DNA from: a virus
Taxonomy: Duplodnaviria; Heunggongvirae; Uroviricota; Caudoviricetes
Virus record (IMG/VR): IMGVR_UViG_2519899560_000023
DNA length: 39,258 nucleotides
Strand: one strand, 5' to 3'
Translations under genes and position numbers: made by a program
Notes under the pieces: generated by a model
The model's database searches: none
The model's input: the letters and a program-made list of their open reading frames with translations, nothing else
Told to the model about the DNA's origin: nothing
Shown here: piece after piece, positions 1-9,807 of the stretch
How the letters are laid out: the number at the start of each line of letters is the position of its first letter
Position numbering within the stretch: the first letter of the stretch is position 1

Positions 1-468
1 GTGCGACAAATCAACACCGGGCTTAATACCAGAGAAATTATTCTGGAAATGATTGACGAAGCAGATGCCCCCCCGTTTGCTGAGCAGCGGACCTGGCATC
101 GCAGGCGAATCGCTTTTCTATGTGATTGCATCAGCGTTGCTGTCGACTACGGCTTCTTCTGTTCTGTCTCTCAGCAGTCAATAATGAACATAACCAAGAT
201 GGCTGAAGATGTATGGATAACAGAAAGTAAAACGACCCAACTCATTGATATTTGGCAACAACTTAAACAGCTTTATCCGCCAGAAACTATTCCCTACGCC
301 CAGAAGTTACCCACTAAGGAATTGCTTGAACTGCTACTTTCTAGTCCTGACGATCTTCGAATAATTGAAATTCCTGACATCATCGGTGATGTTTTTGATG
401 ACCAAACCTGGATTCGATTATTCAAAAAACACTTTGCTGATGTTATTCAGCTACGATGTGATGTGTAA
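1..468 (+). CDS. 3' portion of a flanking gene of unknown function (5' end outside window)
   Basis: Open frame from window start to TAA at 466-468; no family recognised; lies outside the recognisable prophage gene set. Confidence 0.35.
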   Translation: MRQINTGLNTREIILEMIDEADAPPFAEQRTWHRRRIAFLCDCISVAVDYGFFCSVSQQSIMNITKMAEDVWITESKTTQLIDIWQQLKQLYPPETIPYAQKLPTKELLELLLSSPDDLRIIEIPDIIGDVFDDQTWIRLFKKHFADVIQLRCDV

Positions 469-869
469 CAATCCAAAATATATCGCCAGACGATAGACCA
501 AAAAGAAAGTATTTAGCAGATACTCAACATTCTGACTTCTGTACAGAAATAGCAGAGCTTAAAAACTTAAAACTTCCGGTACTCATCAGAGAAACATCCA
601 GTTTCTTCTGCAAATTCATTGTAACCAGGTGAATCATTTGATACCAACGAGGGTTTTAGTGAAAGGAGGTGAAATCACCTGTAAGATACTGAAATAAAAC
701 AGGTGATGTCTGGATGAGCGCTTAAAGTCTATTTGATACCGATTGTGCAATAATTAATCGTTTATTCTAAAATCGGCAAAACTTTTGATACTGCGATCTC
801 AACTTTTTAAAGCGTTTAAAACTTCATTAAATCTATATGGCAACTAACATACGGGCCAGCCTCGCCAAA

Positions 870-1400
870 CTAACCCGCTTTAGATTCTACCGGATTTGAT
901 TGCCTACTTGTCTCGGTTTTTTCCAAAATCTCTCTGACGCAATCGTCTGGCATATCTACAATCATCAACGCAGCCAGGCGCTTCCTGCCTTCTAGTTGTA
1001 ATAAATCCTGGTTTTCTTTATCCAGCAGTGTCAGAACCGTCTCTACACCTTTGCGAGCAAGGAGATTGGTTAACTGTTCTCGTTCGTCTTTCGTAAGGAA
1101 TGAAAGCATCTGTGTAAGTTGATCTCCCTTATCACCAGAACAACCAAAATTACCACAAATACCAACATCGTTTGGTGATTCACCCTTGCCCTCTTTAAGC
1201 CACTCAAGACTAACTCCTTCACTTTCAGAAATTCGTATAAGGATACTTTCTCTGGGGGCTGGTTGTGTTTGTCCTCCCTTGAAATAGCTGTTTAATGTGT
1301 TGATATTGATTCCCCACGCTCTGGCAGCTGCACTTCTTGAAGGGTAGCGCTTTGTAAGCATTCCAATACGTTCAATAACAGGTTCTTTTCCCTGCGACAT
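870..1400 (-). CDS. prophage repressor with HTH DNA-binding segment, divergent from ner
   Basis: Track ORF 870-1475 (TTG); likelier ATG at 1398-1400 with AGAGG upstream; HTH-like segment RSAAARAWGININTLNSY; position equivalent to Mu c. Confidence 0.6.
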   Translation of the reverse strand: MSQGKEPVIERIGMLTKRYPSRSAAARAWGININTLNSYFKGGQTQPAPRESILIRISESEGVSLEWLKEGKGESPNDVGICGNFGCSGDKGDQLTQMLSFLTKDEREQLTNLLARKGVETVLTLLDKENQDLLQLEGRKRLAALMIVDMPDDCVREILEKTETSRQSNPVESKAG

Positions 1401-1475
1401 AAAGATACCTCTTGGTGCTTTTCTAAGGAAAGGTTTCTTTCTATTTATCCAATTGAAAAATAAGGATAAAAGCAA

Positions 1476-1590
1476 AAATTAGCCAAAATACCAAAAATAC
1501 CTTGATTTGGTATTTTTGGTGATGCATTATTTACCCGTGCAGATATCCGCACGAATATCCGCGCGGGTAACTTTTTAGAATAGAGGAAGT
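1476..1590. promoter_or_regulatory. divergent early promoter/operator region between repressor and ner
   Basis: Perfect 12-bp inverted repeat ACCAAAAATACC(1490-1501)/GGTATTTTTGGT(1509-1520); direct repeats ATATCCGC at about 1543 and 1555; AT-rich. Confidence 0.55.
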
Positions 1591-1839
1591 ATGAGTAGAA
1601 GAGAAGTTTCAGATCACGATTGGCCGCCTGAAATCATCAAGGCGCGCTTACACATGGCTGGCTTATCACTGCGCTCTTTATCTTTAAAGGCTGGTTACAG
1701 CAGGGATTCGCTGAAAAGCGTATTACGTACTCCTTGCCGACCGTATCAGCAAATAATTGCTGATGCTCTTGGGGTATCGCCTGAAGAAATCTGGCCCAGT
1801 AGATACCAGGTTAAGAGCTATATGAGAAAGGCGTCATGA
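1591..1839 (+). CDS. ner: Ner-like DNA-binding protein
   Basis: 82 aa; C-terminal QQIIADALGVSPEEIWPSRYQ resembles Mu Ner (Nlp family); GAGGAAG SD; immediately precedes transposase. Confidence 0.8.
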   Translation: MSRREVSDHDWPPEIIKARLHMAGLSLRSLSLKAGYSRDSLKSVLRTPCRPYQQIIADALGVSPEEIWPSRYQVKSYMRKAS

Positions 1840-1840
1840 T

Positions 1841-3931
1841 ATGTATGTCATTGCAAAAGAACTGATTGGCGCGCCCGGAATGCCTGCTACAACAAAAGGT
1901 ATTCGCCAGGCATTACAACGTTACGTACAAGGGAAAAGCTGTTGTTCCCGTCGTCGCTCAGGCTCTAAAGCAACTGAATACAGCATCGACTGTTTACCTG
2001 AAGTGACGCAGCAGGCATTACGTGAACGTTATGCCCTGCAACTGATGACGCAAAAAGCCGATGAATCACCGGCTCCGGTGGTGACAAAGGCCAGACGCTC
2101 ATCTGACGTGGTTGATGCGGTGGAGGCATATCGCGGATCACCACAACTGATGGTCGAACGCCTCAATGCCCTGACTGAAAACCAGCGCCAGGTGGCTGAT
2201 GCACGAATCGCGATCGTCAGCGAAGTGATGAAAGTCGCGCAACAACCCGGTTTCAGCTGCGCGAAGGCTATCCGGTTTATCGTTGACAACCTGGCACGTT
2301 CACAGCTGGACGAGCGCATTGTGGCAATGGTTGAGACGGCGAACGCCAAAAAGGGAAACAGCCGTGCGTTGAGTGAAATCACGCTGAAGCGATGGATTGC
2401 GGCCTTTAACAAGGCACAGAACGCCGCTGAACGCCTGCTTTTACTGGCACCGGGTAAACGCCAGGAAATAAAAGCCGAAGATATTAACTGGCTGCCCGAA
2501 TTTCTGGCGCAGTATCGCCAGTCAAACGGCCGACCAATGACCGAGGCTTACGAGGATTTTGTCGCTGAATGGCAGCACCGGCACGCTGATGAGCCTTATA
2601 TGCTCGATATCATGCCGTCTTATGACACCATTCGCCGCGCAATGAAGAAACTGCCGGAAGTGGTGAAACAAAAAGGCCGGGTGACCGGCAGTGAATACCG
2701 CCAGCTTGAGGGATTCACGCGCCGCGACTGGTCCAGAATGCCGGTGAATTATGTCTGGATTGGTGACGGTCACGGCATGAAGCTGAAATGCGCACACCCG
2801 GTTCACGGTCGGCCATTTGCACCGGAAGTGACCTTTGTTATCGACGGTGGCACGCGCTTTGTGGTGGGCTGGAGCCTTGACCTGGCTGAAAATGTTTTCG
2901 CCGTAGCCGGTGCCATACAGCACGGCATTCGCCATCACGGCAAACCGTTTCTGTATTACTCGGATAACGGCTCCGGGGAAACCGCCGACATCCTGGATAA
3001 GGAGGTTGTGGGGATACTGCCGCGACTGGGGATTAATCACCCGACCGGGATTGCCGGTAATCCGCAGGGACGAGGCATTATCGAACGGCTTAACCGCACA
3101 TTACCGATGCGCATAGCCCGTAAATACCGCACCTATTTCGGGAAAGGTGCAGATCGCGAGACGTTACGCAAAACCAACCGCGATTTACGCTCGGCATTTA
3201 CTGCCCTGCAACAGGGCAAACGGCTGAACGCCCGGCAGCAGTCAGCGATGCGTGATTTACCGTCCTGGTCTGAACTGATTGATGCCATTCGTGATGGTGT
3301 TGAGTGGTACAACAACCGGCCGCACGATGAATTACCGGTGAAGCCGAACGGCAAGCATTACAGCCCGGCGGAGTTCAGAAAAAAACGCCTGGCGGAAGAG
3401 GACACGGAAATTGAATGGCTGTCCGATGTGGAATTGCGGGACATGTTCCGGCCGATGGTGGAACGCCCTGTAAGACGCTGTGAAATACGCTGGCTGAATA
3501 ATATTTACTACGCGCCCGAGCTGCGTGATGAGCATGGCCGCAAGGTGCTTATCAGCTATGACATTCATGATGCCGAACGAATTACCGTACGTCGCCTGGA
3601 TGGCAGCGTGATTTGCGAGGCGGTATGGGACGGTAATAAACGCGAAGCCTTCCCGGTTAGCGCGGAATACTACAAACAGCAGCAACGCCTTAAAGGCATG
3701 CGTAAACGCGCAGAGGAAAAAATCCGTGATGCCGAGGATGAGGTTGTCAACGTGCTGGAGCACAAGCCGCAGGAGCCCTGGCTGGAAAACATCTATCGCC
3801 CGGTAGGTAATACGGTGGCCGTTCAGCAACCTGCCATTGATGATGAGCCTGATGAAGAATACGAGCGCAATTTCCAGCGGGGATTGCAGTTGCTCGAAGC
3901 GAAATTAAAAGAAAATGACCCGCTGGCCTGA
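1841..3931 (+). CDS. Mu A-like DDE transposase
   Basis: 696 aa, size and position of MuA; ATG 2 nt after ner stop. Confidence 0.85.
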   Translation: MYVIAKELIGAPGMPATTKGIRQALQRYVQGKSCCSRRRSGSKATEYSIDCLPEVTQQALRERYALQLMTQKADESPAPVVTKARRSSDVVDAVEAYRGSPQLMVERLNALTENQRQVADARIAIVSEVMKVAQQPGFSCAKAIRFIVDNLARSQLDERIVAMVETANAKKGNSRALSEITLKRWIAAFNKAQNAAERLLLLAPGKRQEIKAEDINWLPEFLAQYRQSNGRPMTEAYEDFVAEWQHRHADEPYMLDIMPSYDTIRRAMKKLPEVVKQKGRVTGSEYRQLEGFTRRDWSRMPVNYVWIGDGHGMKLKCAHPVHGRPFAPEVTFVIDGGTRFVVGWSLDLAENVFAVAGAIQHGIRHHGKPFLYYSDNGSGETADILDKEVVGILPRLGINHPTGIAGNPQGRGIIERLNRTLPMRIARKYRTYFGKGADRETLRKTNRDLRSAFTALQQGKRLNARQQSAMRDLPSWSELIDAIRDGVEWYNNRPHDELPVKPNGKHYSPAEFRKKRLAEEDTEIEWLSDVELRDMFRPMVERPVRRCEIRWLNNIYYAPELRDEHGRKVLISYDIHDAERITVRRLDGSVICEAVWDGNKREAFPVSAEYYKQQQRLKGMRKRAEEKIRDAEDEVVNVLEHKPQEPWLENIYRPVGNTVAVQQPAIDDEPDEEYERNFQRGLQLLEAKLKENDPLA

Positions 3932-4001
3932 AATAAAAAATAACCCGAGCGGCGACTCAGGTTATTTGATTAAACAAGGTATCAAATGAGAGGTTAATAA
4001 T

Positions 4002-4934
4002 ATGACTGATATTAACGATGTAATCAAGACCATTGATGAACTTATTGATGGCGGCGTACTGACGCAGTATGCCATCGCCAGAGAGGCGGGAATTTCCGAC
4101 GGCACATTATCGGCTTTCCGCAAGGGGAAATATAAAGGCGATAACGCCGCTGTGGCTGCTTCCCTGCGTTCCTGGTATGAGAACTGGAATAAACAAAGCG
4201 CACTGCCGGAACCGCCGCAGTTTGTGGAAACGCAGACAGTTCAGGAGCTGCGCGCACTGTTTCAGGCGGTTCGCCTGATGGGCTGTATTAACGTCATTGT
4301 GGGCGTGCCGGGGGTAGGTAAAACGGCCACCGCCCGTAATTACTGCCAGGAGCAACCAAACACCTGGATGATCACCCTGTCACCCGCGCACTCCAGCGTC
4401 ACGGAGTGTCTGCTGGAGCTGGCCGATGCGCTGGGGATTGATTACACCCGCGCGAACAAAGGGGCATTATCCCGCGCCATCCGCCGTCGCCTGATGGGAA
4501 CGCGTGGACTGGTGATTGTGGATGAGGCGGATCATCTTGGTATTGACGGTCTGGAGCAACTCCGGGCAATTCAGGACGCCACGGGGATCGGGATGGTGCT
4601 TATTGGTAACCCGCGCGGATTGTTTAAAGGTGGACGCCGCGCCTTTGATGATTTATCGCGCCTGTTCAGCCGTCTTGCCCGTACAAAACAACTTCGCAAG
4701 GCCAAAAAGGCGGATGTGCTGGCCATTGCCAGGGCATGGGGTATCAGTGGTGAGGCCGAGCTGGCCGTCATGCAGGCTATCGCTGAAAAGCCGGGAGCGT
4801 TACGCGTTCTGACACATACGCTTAACCAGGCGTGGCTCACCGCCAGCGGTGAAGGTGCGGCGCTGACAGAAAAACATATTAATGCGGCCTTTAAAGAGGT
4901 TTATACCAACCCTGAATTACTCTCACAGGTGTGA
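4002..4934 (+). CDS. Mu B-like transposition ATPase (AAA+)
   Basis: 310 aa; Walker A GVPGVGKT; N-terminal HTH-like region; follows A. Confidence 0.85.
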   Translation: MTDINDVIKTIDELIDGGVLTQYAIAREAGISDGTLSAFRKGKYKGDNAAVAASLRSWYENWNKQSALPEPPQFVETQTVQELRALFQAVRLMGCINVIVGVPGVGKTATARNYCQEQPNTWMITLSPAHSSVTECLLELADALGIDYTRANKGALSRAIRRRLMGTRGLVIVDEADHLGIDGLEQLRAIQDATGIGMVLIGNPRGLFKGGRRAFDDLSRLFSRLARTKQLRKAKKADVLAIARAWGISGEAELAVMQAIAEKPGALRVLTHTLNQAWLTASGEGAALTEKHINAAFKEVYTNPELLSQV

Positions 4935-4936
4935 TT

Positions 4937-5158
4937 ATGGCGGTATTTTATATTCCTGATATTTACGGACGCTTTTACCTGGTTAATTTCGATAACGTGA
5001 AGGTGATTTCACTGGCCGAAAATAAAGAATGTGGCGATTTACTTTTTGAATTTAATGACCGCACACGAATGGTGATATCTGCCGGACTTGATCGCGAAGG
5101 TGCGACAGACGTTTACAGCGGAATATGCCGTTCTGTTGGTGCGAAACAAGTCAGCTAA
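4937..5158 (+). CDS. small early protein at the position of Mu kil
   Basis: ATG at 4937 preceded by AGGTG; about 73 aa; directly after B as kil is in Mu; homology not verified. Confidence 0.4.
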   Translation: MAVFYIPDIYGRFYLVNFDNVKVISLAENKECGDLLFEFNDRTRMVISAGLDREGATDVYSGICRSVGAKQVS

Positions 5159-5425
5159 ATGAGGTGTTATATGAATATGCAATCCTGCGGTAACAAAATG
5201 AATTTATTCGACTCCCTGAACAGCGCGCGCCGTCTGACCGAACTTGCCGGTGCGGTACTGGAACGCAGTAAGCGCTACCCACAACGTTTTGCACTGAAAA
5301 CCACGCCGCCGGTAGGCAACGTGCAGGGAACCGGTGAAATTGAAATCACCATACAGACCAACGGCCTGCGCCGCCGTGTGAAGGCCACCCGCATCAGCGG
5401 CTGCACGGTTTACTGGGAGGTGTGA
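5159..5425 (+). CDS. hypothetical early protein
   Basis: 88-aa track ORF, tightly packed in early operon. Confidence 0.4.
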   Translation: MRCYMNMQSCGNKMNLFDSLNSARRLTELAGAVLERSKRYPQRFALKTTPPVGNVQGTGEIEITIQTNGLRRRVKATRISGCTVYWEV

Positions 5426-5426
5426 G

Positions 5427-5708
5427 GTGAAAAAAAATCTCATTGCATGGGCGTGGTCGAGTGGTCTTATTGAGTTTGGTTACGTCCTGCCGGAAGGTGC
5501 ATTGCCGATAGTTGCCGGAAAGCCTGCCACGGTACGGCATGTGATTGAGGTTATGGCGCGTCATGGACGTGATGAACAGGAGCAGTTACTGGTTCCGGGG
5601 ATACCGGAAGCGGTGACGGAGGAAGAAGCCTTTAATGCCATGATTCGGTTCTGCCGTGAGGTCAGACGCCGGGTCAGTTATCCAAACAGAACGAGGACCA
5701 GAGGGTGA
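5427..5708 (+). CDS. hypothetical early protein
   Basis: 93-aa track ORF, stop/start overlap with neighbours. Confidence 0.45.
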   Translation: MKKNLIAWAWSSGLIEFGYVLPEGALPIVAGKPATVRHVIEVMARHGRDEQEQLLVPGIPEAVTEEEAFNAMIRFCREVRRRVSYPNRTRTRG

Positions 5709-5977
5709 GTAAAGTCGTACGCATTATTTTCGAATACAAGGAGCACGTTATCCATAAAAACGCTGATGGAACAGTGCGCATGGGGGTAAGTCTGGACATA
5801 CGTTCAACCGGGATAAAGCAGAAAGGTGATGGACCCGCCATGATTTTTGGGGTGGTTATGCTCGCGGAAAGCAGAGACTTTGCTGAACTTGTGGCAATGA
5901 AAGCCAGTGCGCTCATGAAAGATATGAGCATGCGTTCCGGGGTTATTAAAGGTAATGAATTTAATCAGCAGGGGTAA
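5705..5977 (+). CDS. hypothetical early protein, tandem paralog 1
   Basis: GTG start; N-terminus MSKVVRIIFEYKEHV matches the next gene. Confidence 0.5.
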   Translation: MSKVVRIIFEYKEHVIHKNADGTVRMGVSLDIRSTGIKQKGDGPAMIFGVVMLAESRDFAELVAMKASALMKDMSMRSGVIKGNEFNQQG

Positions 5978-5981
5978 TTCC

Positions 5982-6275
5982 ATGAGCAAAGTACGCGTTA
6001 TTTTTGAATTTAAGCATGTTTCGCATGACGAAAAACCGGCAGGCAATGACTGTGTTGAAGTGCATGAAAAGATTGGTGTGGATGTAAAAACAGAACGTGA
6101 TACGAATAACAGGCCGACGTCACTCTGTGACGTTTATGCAAGTATTCTCCAGTATCACAGCCCTGAAATTATTCAGTTTCTCTCAGCGGAATTTCAGGCA
6201 TCTGTACAGGCTTTTGGGGCGGATGCCATCATTAAACGCCACCGCGTGCATAAAGCATCAGGCACACTGCAATAA
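5982..6275 (+). CDS. hypothetical early protein, tandem paralog 2
   Basis: ATG at 5982 in frame within track ORF 5955-6275; N-terminus MSKVRVIFEFKHV. Confidence 0.5.
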   Translation: MSKVRVIFEFKHVSHDEKPAGNDCVEVHEKIGVDVKTERDTNNRPTSLCDVYASILQYHSPEIIQFLSAEFQASVQAFGADAIIKRHRVHKASGTLQ

Positions 6276-6286
6276 GGAAAAACAAA

Positions 6287-6817
6287 ATGGCAAAACGCGT
6301 TACAAAATTAAAGGCCGCAGCAGAGGCGGCACCGCAGACCCGTGAAGAGGTCAGCCGCGATATCCGCACCCTGGGCGATATTCAGCGAGAGGCGCTGCGC
6401 CTGGAAACAGCGATGAATGATGAAGTGGCAGAAATCACCGCCCGTTATACGCCGCAGATTGAAAACCTTAAAAAAGAAATCAAAGTGCTTTTTAAGGGGA
6501 TTCAGGACTGGTGCAAAACCAACCGTGATGAGCTGACGAACGGCGGCAAAACCAAAACTGCCAATCTGACCACCGGAACGGTGTCATGGCGACTGGGGAA
6601 TCCATCATGCAGCGTCAGTCGTGATGTGGAAGGTGTGATTGAAATGCTGCGCCGTATGGGCCTTGAGCGTTTTATCCGCACGAAAGAGGAAGTGAACAAG
6701 GAAGCGGTCCTGGCGGAGCCGGATGCGGTGAAAGGGATTGCCGGTATTAAGGTGAATAAAGGCGCTGAAAGTTTTTATGTCGAGCCTTTTGAACAGGACG
6801 CCGGACTGAATAAATAA
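6287..6817 (+). CDS. gam: Gam-like host-nuclease inhibitor (DNA end-binding protein)
   Basis: 176 aa; position and size of Mu Gam; coiled-coil N-terminal region. Confidence 0.75.
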   Translation: MAKRVTKLKAAAEAAPQTREEVSRDIRTLGDIQREALRLETAMNDEVAEITARYTPQIENLKKEIKVLFKGIQDWCKTNRDELTNGGKTKTANLTTGTVSWRLGNPSCSVSRDVEGVIEMLRRMGLERFIRTKEEVNKEAVLAEPDAVKGIAGIKVNKGAESFYVEPFEQDAGLNK

Positions 6818-6914
6818 CACCGCATTAATCAATTAAATATCACTTCGTTTTAATTATGGCGCTCGCGTCAGGGGACTGCCTGCGCCTGTAAACTGAAAAT
6901 AAGGAACAGGATAT

Positions 6915-7457
6915 ATGGCATATTTTTATTTCAAATTAGACCGTGTGCAGACAAATAAATATTTCACCAAATATCAACAGACTGTTTTACCGCTACGCAA
7001 CAGTATTCTTCGGGCATTACTGAAAAATACAGGCGCTGCCGGATTGCGCTTAAAGCCGTTTGCCATGGACGTAATCAGTGAGTTTTATTTTTCTGGTGCT
7101 CTGCCTGCGGGCTGGCGTAAGCGCGATGATGTGGCTTTTATCGGGGACGGACCGTGCTTTATTGCCAGACCTGATGAGTCATGCCCTGAAGGTCCGGCGA
7201 TTGCCGCAATGATTGAAACCGCTGAACGTGAGTTAAGAAAGCGTCCTGATTTCCTTGTCTGGCTCTGTGAAAAGCTGGGGGTAATGAGAATCCCCTCCAT
7301 GTTTAACACGGACTCCTGGTGGACCCCGTCGCTCTCCCGTGATGCCCTGTGCGTGGTGTTTAAAGTAGGCGCTTATGGCAGGGAAATAAAAGGGTGTATT
7401 CCTGAAGAATGCCAGGAAATTAAACATTCTGAATATGTGGCGCTGACGGAGGAATAA
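6915..7457 (+). CDS. hypothetical early protein
   Basis: 180-aa ORF with AAGGAACAGG SD. Confidence 0.5.
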   Translation: MAYFYFKLDRVQTNKYFTKYQQTVLPLRNSILRALLKNTGAAGLRLKPFAMDVISEFYFSGALPAGWRKRDDVAFIGDGPCFIARPDESCPEGPAIAAMIETAERELRKRPDFLVWLCEKLGVMRIPSMFNTDSWWTPSLSRDALCVVFKVGAYGREIKGCIPEECQEIKHSEYVALTEE

Positions 7458-7460
7458 TTC

Positions 7461-7994
7461 ATGATTGATGCAAAAGTGCTTGAAGGGGTTAAAAACTGGC
7501 TGAGTATTTACGGGCGTCTGACCTGCGGCATTCTGGCTGAAAAAATGAATATGCCGCCATCCTCGATGGTTTATTTTTTGCGTGATGCGGTCGATGCCGG
7601 GGTGCTGACGGAATGTAACGGTTTTTATGATATTCCGCGTCCCCGCCCGGTGCAGCCGGTTCGTCGCAAATGCAGCCAGGAAGGTGCGGCTGATGATGTT
7701 CAGTGGTGCAGCTTCAGAAAATCCCTGCCGTGGATTGAGGGGCATGATATTCCGTCGATGGCGTGGGAATTTGCTCAGGGCGTACTGACCTGCGAAACCG
7801 TTTATGTGGTGGTTGAAGTTGATGAGCAGGCCATGAAAGAAGGCGTGCCCCAGTTTGTGATGGCGTATATCGACATTCGCCTGGGTGTCATTATCTGCGG
7901 TTTAAGCGGCTGGAATATCACCGAACATGTTCTGCGTTACCTGATTGTTGACCGGACGGCTGCACCTGCCGGGATATCTGCGGAGGTGGCGTAA
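7461..7994 (+). CDS. hypothetical early protein
   Basis: 177-aa ORF, 3-nt spacing from previous gene. Confidence 0.5.
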   Translation: MIDAKVLEGVKNWLSIYGRLTCGILAEKMNMPPSSMVYFLRDAVDAGVLTECNGFYDIPRPRPVQPVRRKCSQEGAADDVQWCSFRKSLPWIEGHDIPSMAWEFAQGVLTCETVYVVVEVDEQAMKEGVPQFVMAYIDIRLGVIICGLSGWNITEHVLRYLIVDRTAAPAGISAEVA

Positions 7995-8509
7995 TGTTCT
8001 TTAAAACATCAAACCCTTCCGCGCTGGCCGCGTGGCAAAAATATCAGCAGGACTGCCAGAAAGTTAAGGATGAGGCAAAACGCCTTGAGGCCGTGCTGAA
8101 TGTTGCGTGCCGGTCGGTATTTGTATCCGGTATCAGTGGCTTTTGTTTTAAAGGGCTGCGCTTTATGGATGACAAATATCCTTTTCATCGCGACTTATGG
8201 CGAAAACCGACTGCGTCGAATGGCTGGAGCTGCACACCGCGCACATCACGTATTCCCAAAGCCCTGCGCGTTGCCTCTGACGAACTTAACAGTCTGTGGC
8301 GTGAATATTCGCCCGTCACGTATGCCAGAACCGATGCACTGTTGTTCTGGCTGGGTATTGACTTCTCAGCAATATTGCATGGTCCCGTGAAGTGGTTCTG
8401 CGTTGACGATGTTATTTACCTTCAGTGCGAAGATGATTCCGCAAAACGGAAAATGACCGAAATTCTGTCTGATGAGTTTTATGCTGCCGAAAAGCGAGTC
8501 GGGGGGTGA
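7994..8509 (+). CDS. hypothetical early protein
   Basis: 171-aa ORF, start overlaps previous stop. Confidence 0.5.
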   Translation: MFFKTSNPSALAAWQKYQQDCQKVKDEAKRLEAVLNVACRSVFVSGISGFCFKGLRFMDDKYPFHRDLWRKPTASNGWSCTPRTSRIPKALRVASDELNSLWREYSPVTYARTDALLFWLGIDFSAILHGPVKWFCVDDVIYLQCEDDSAKRKMTEILSDEFYAAEKRVGG

Positions 8510-8512
8510 TGC

Positions 8513-9064
8513 ATGATGAAATTACAACCCATGGGGAGAAAAGGCCGTGCACCCGCTCATGTTCGCGCATGGACACCTGAAGAAGATGCGCTGCTGATTG
8601 CGCTTTATCCATCCACCCCGGTTAAGGATATTGCTGTCAGGATAAAAAGAAGTTTCTGGGGTGTACATAACCGGATTGTTTTATTACGCGGTACTTACCC
8701 GGAGTTGCTCAAATGCAAACGCCTCAGATTTAAACCTGATGAAGATAAATTTATCCGAAAAAATGCCAGGACGATGACCGGTAAGCAAATAGGAGAATAT
8801 CTGGGGCGAGACCGGGATTCTGTCCACAATCGGGCGCGATATATTGGCGTAAGCATGAAAAAATACGGAGAATTACTGCCTTTTACCCGCATACCTGACG
8901 ATGATGTTCATCTTATTCGTGAATTACGGGATGCTGAATCACCACGGCGTCTTACCTTTAGGGAAATCGGCGAGAAATTTGAATTATCCGAGGGCACGGT
9001 GAGTTTTATTTATCACCGTCGTCGGACTGCCGAAGATGTTGTATTACGGGAGTTAACGACATGA
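8513..9064 (+). CDS. putative DNA-binding protein with three internal HTH-like repeats
   Basis: 183 aa; three segments of similar pattern (WTPEEDALLIALY..., FKPDEDKFIRKNARTMTGKQIGEYLGRDRDSVHNRARYIG, LTFREIGEKFELSEGTVSFIY). Confidence 0.45.
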   Translation: MMKLQPMGRKGRAPAHVRAWTPEEDALLIALYPSTPVKDIAVRIKRSFWGVHNRIVLLRGTYPELLKCKRLRFKPDEDKFIRKNARTMTGKQIGEYLGRDRDSVHNRARYIGVSMKKYGELLPFTRIPDDDVHLIRELRDAESPRRLTFREIGEKFELSEGTVSFIYHRRRTAEDVVLRELTT

Positions 9065-9246
9065 TAAGGAGACTTGTTTTTTTCGCAATTATCGTTCCTG
9101 TGTGGGGGGTTGGTTTTATATTTGCGGTTACAGGAAATCTGTCCATGATGCCGGATATATGGTTCTTTATCAGGATGTCGCTCTTCCTGTTTATTATGAA
9201 TCTTCTTATCGACATATATATCCGTATTACTGGAAAACATAAATGA
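9061..9246 (+). CDS. small hydrophobic membrane protein
   Basis: 61 aa, two hydrophobic stretches, AT-rich codons. Confidence 0.4.
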   Translation: MIRRLVFFAIIVPVWGVGFIFAVTGNLSMMPDIWFFIRMSLFLFIMNLLIDIYIRITGKHK

Positions 9247-9617
9247 GAAAAATCACGACCTTGTCAGAGTTACAGGAGATGAATATGAGTATTGAATTAA
9301 GATCGTCTTATGAATATCGTAAAATTCTCATCGCCGGAGGCATGAAACCGGAAGATGCAGAAAAAATCGTTTCTTTTATGGATAAAGAATGTGACAAACG
9401 GGATATGCCAGAAATTATTATGGATGACATGATTCTGGATTCAGCCGTGGCGTTAAGTCCGTTATGGATTGTGCATTCTCTTGCTGAAATTGCCAAAGGC
9501 ACCGATAAACAGGCAGCTGTTGCTGCCCTTCAGACGCTTAATGAAATGCGTATATCTCCACGCCCGACATTAATACATATGATTCTGTCCAGCATGGAGG
9601 ATAAAGCAAATGAATAG
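9243..9617 (+). CDS. hypothetical early protein
   Basis: 124-aa ORF, overlapping stops/starts. Confidence 0.45.
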   Translation: MRKITTLSELQEMNMSIELRSSYEYRKILIAGGMKPEDAEKIVSFMDKECDKRDMPEIIMDDMILDSAVALSPLWIVHSLAEIAKGTDKQAAVAALQTLNEMRISPRPTLIHMILSSMEDKANE

Positions 9618-9807
9618 TCTACCCGCTGGATGGGCGCGGCCACTAATGGCCAGGAAGCATCATTTTTTTAAAACAGGCGAAAATATCAGTATATGTGGAC
9701 GGTGGTTATATCTGGCTCATAATCGCGAGCCGGATACATTTGAAAGCCCTGATGGCTGTGCCGAATGCCGCAGAAGAGTGAATAAGGAGAAAGATAATGG
9801 ACAATAG
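9610..9807 (+). CDS. small hypothetical protein with Cys pairs
   Basis: 65 aa; ICGRW...CAECRRR may be a zinc-binding pair. Confidence 0.35.
   Translation: MNSLPAGWARPLMARKHHFFKTGENISICGRWLYLAHNREPDTFESPDGCAECRRRVNKEKDNGQ

Noticed and set aside
2522-3040. 172-aa minus-strand ORF inside transposase gene
   Set aside because: Antisense to a well-supported long CDS.
3932-4001. Possible terminator hairpin (AATAACC...GGTTATT) between A and B
   Set aside because: Loop of about 14 nt and no U-tract; A and B are expected to be co-transcribed.
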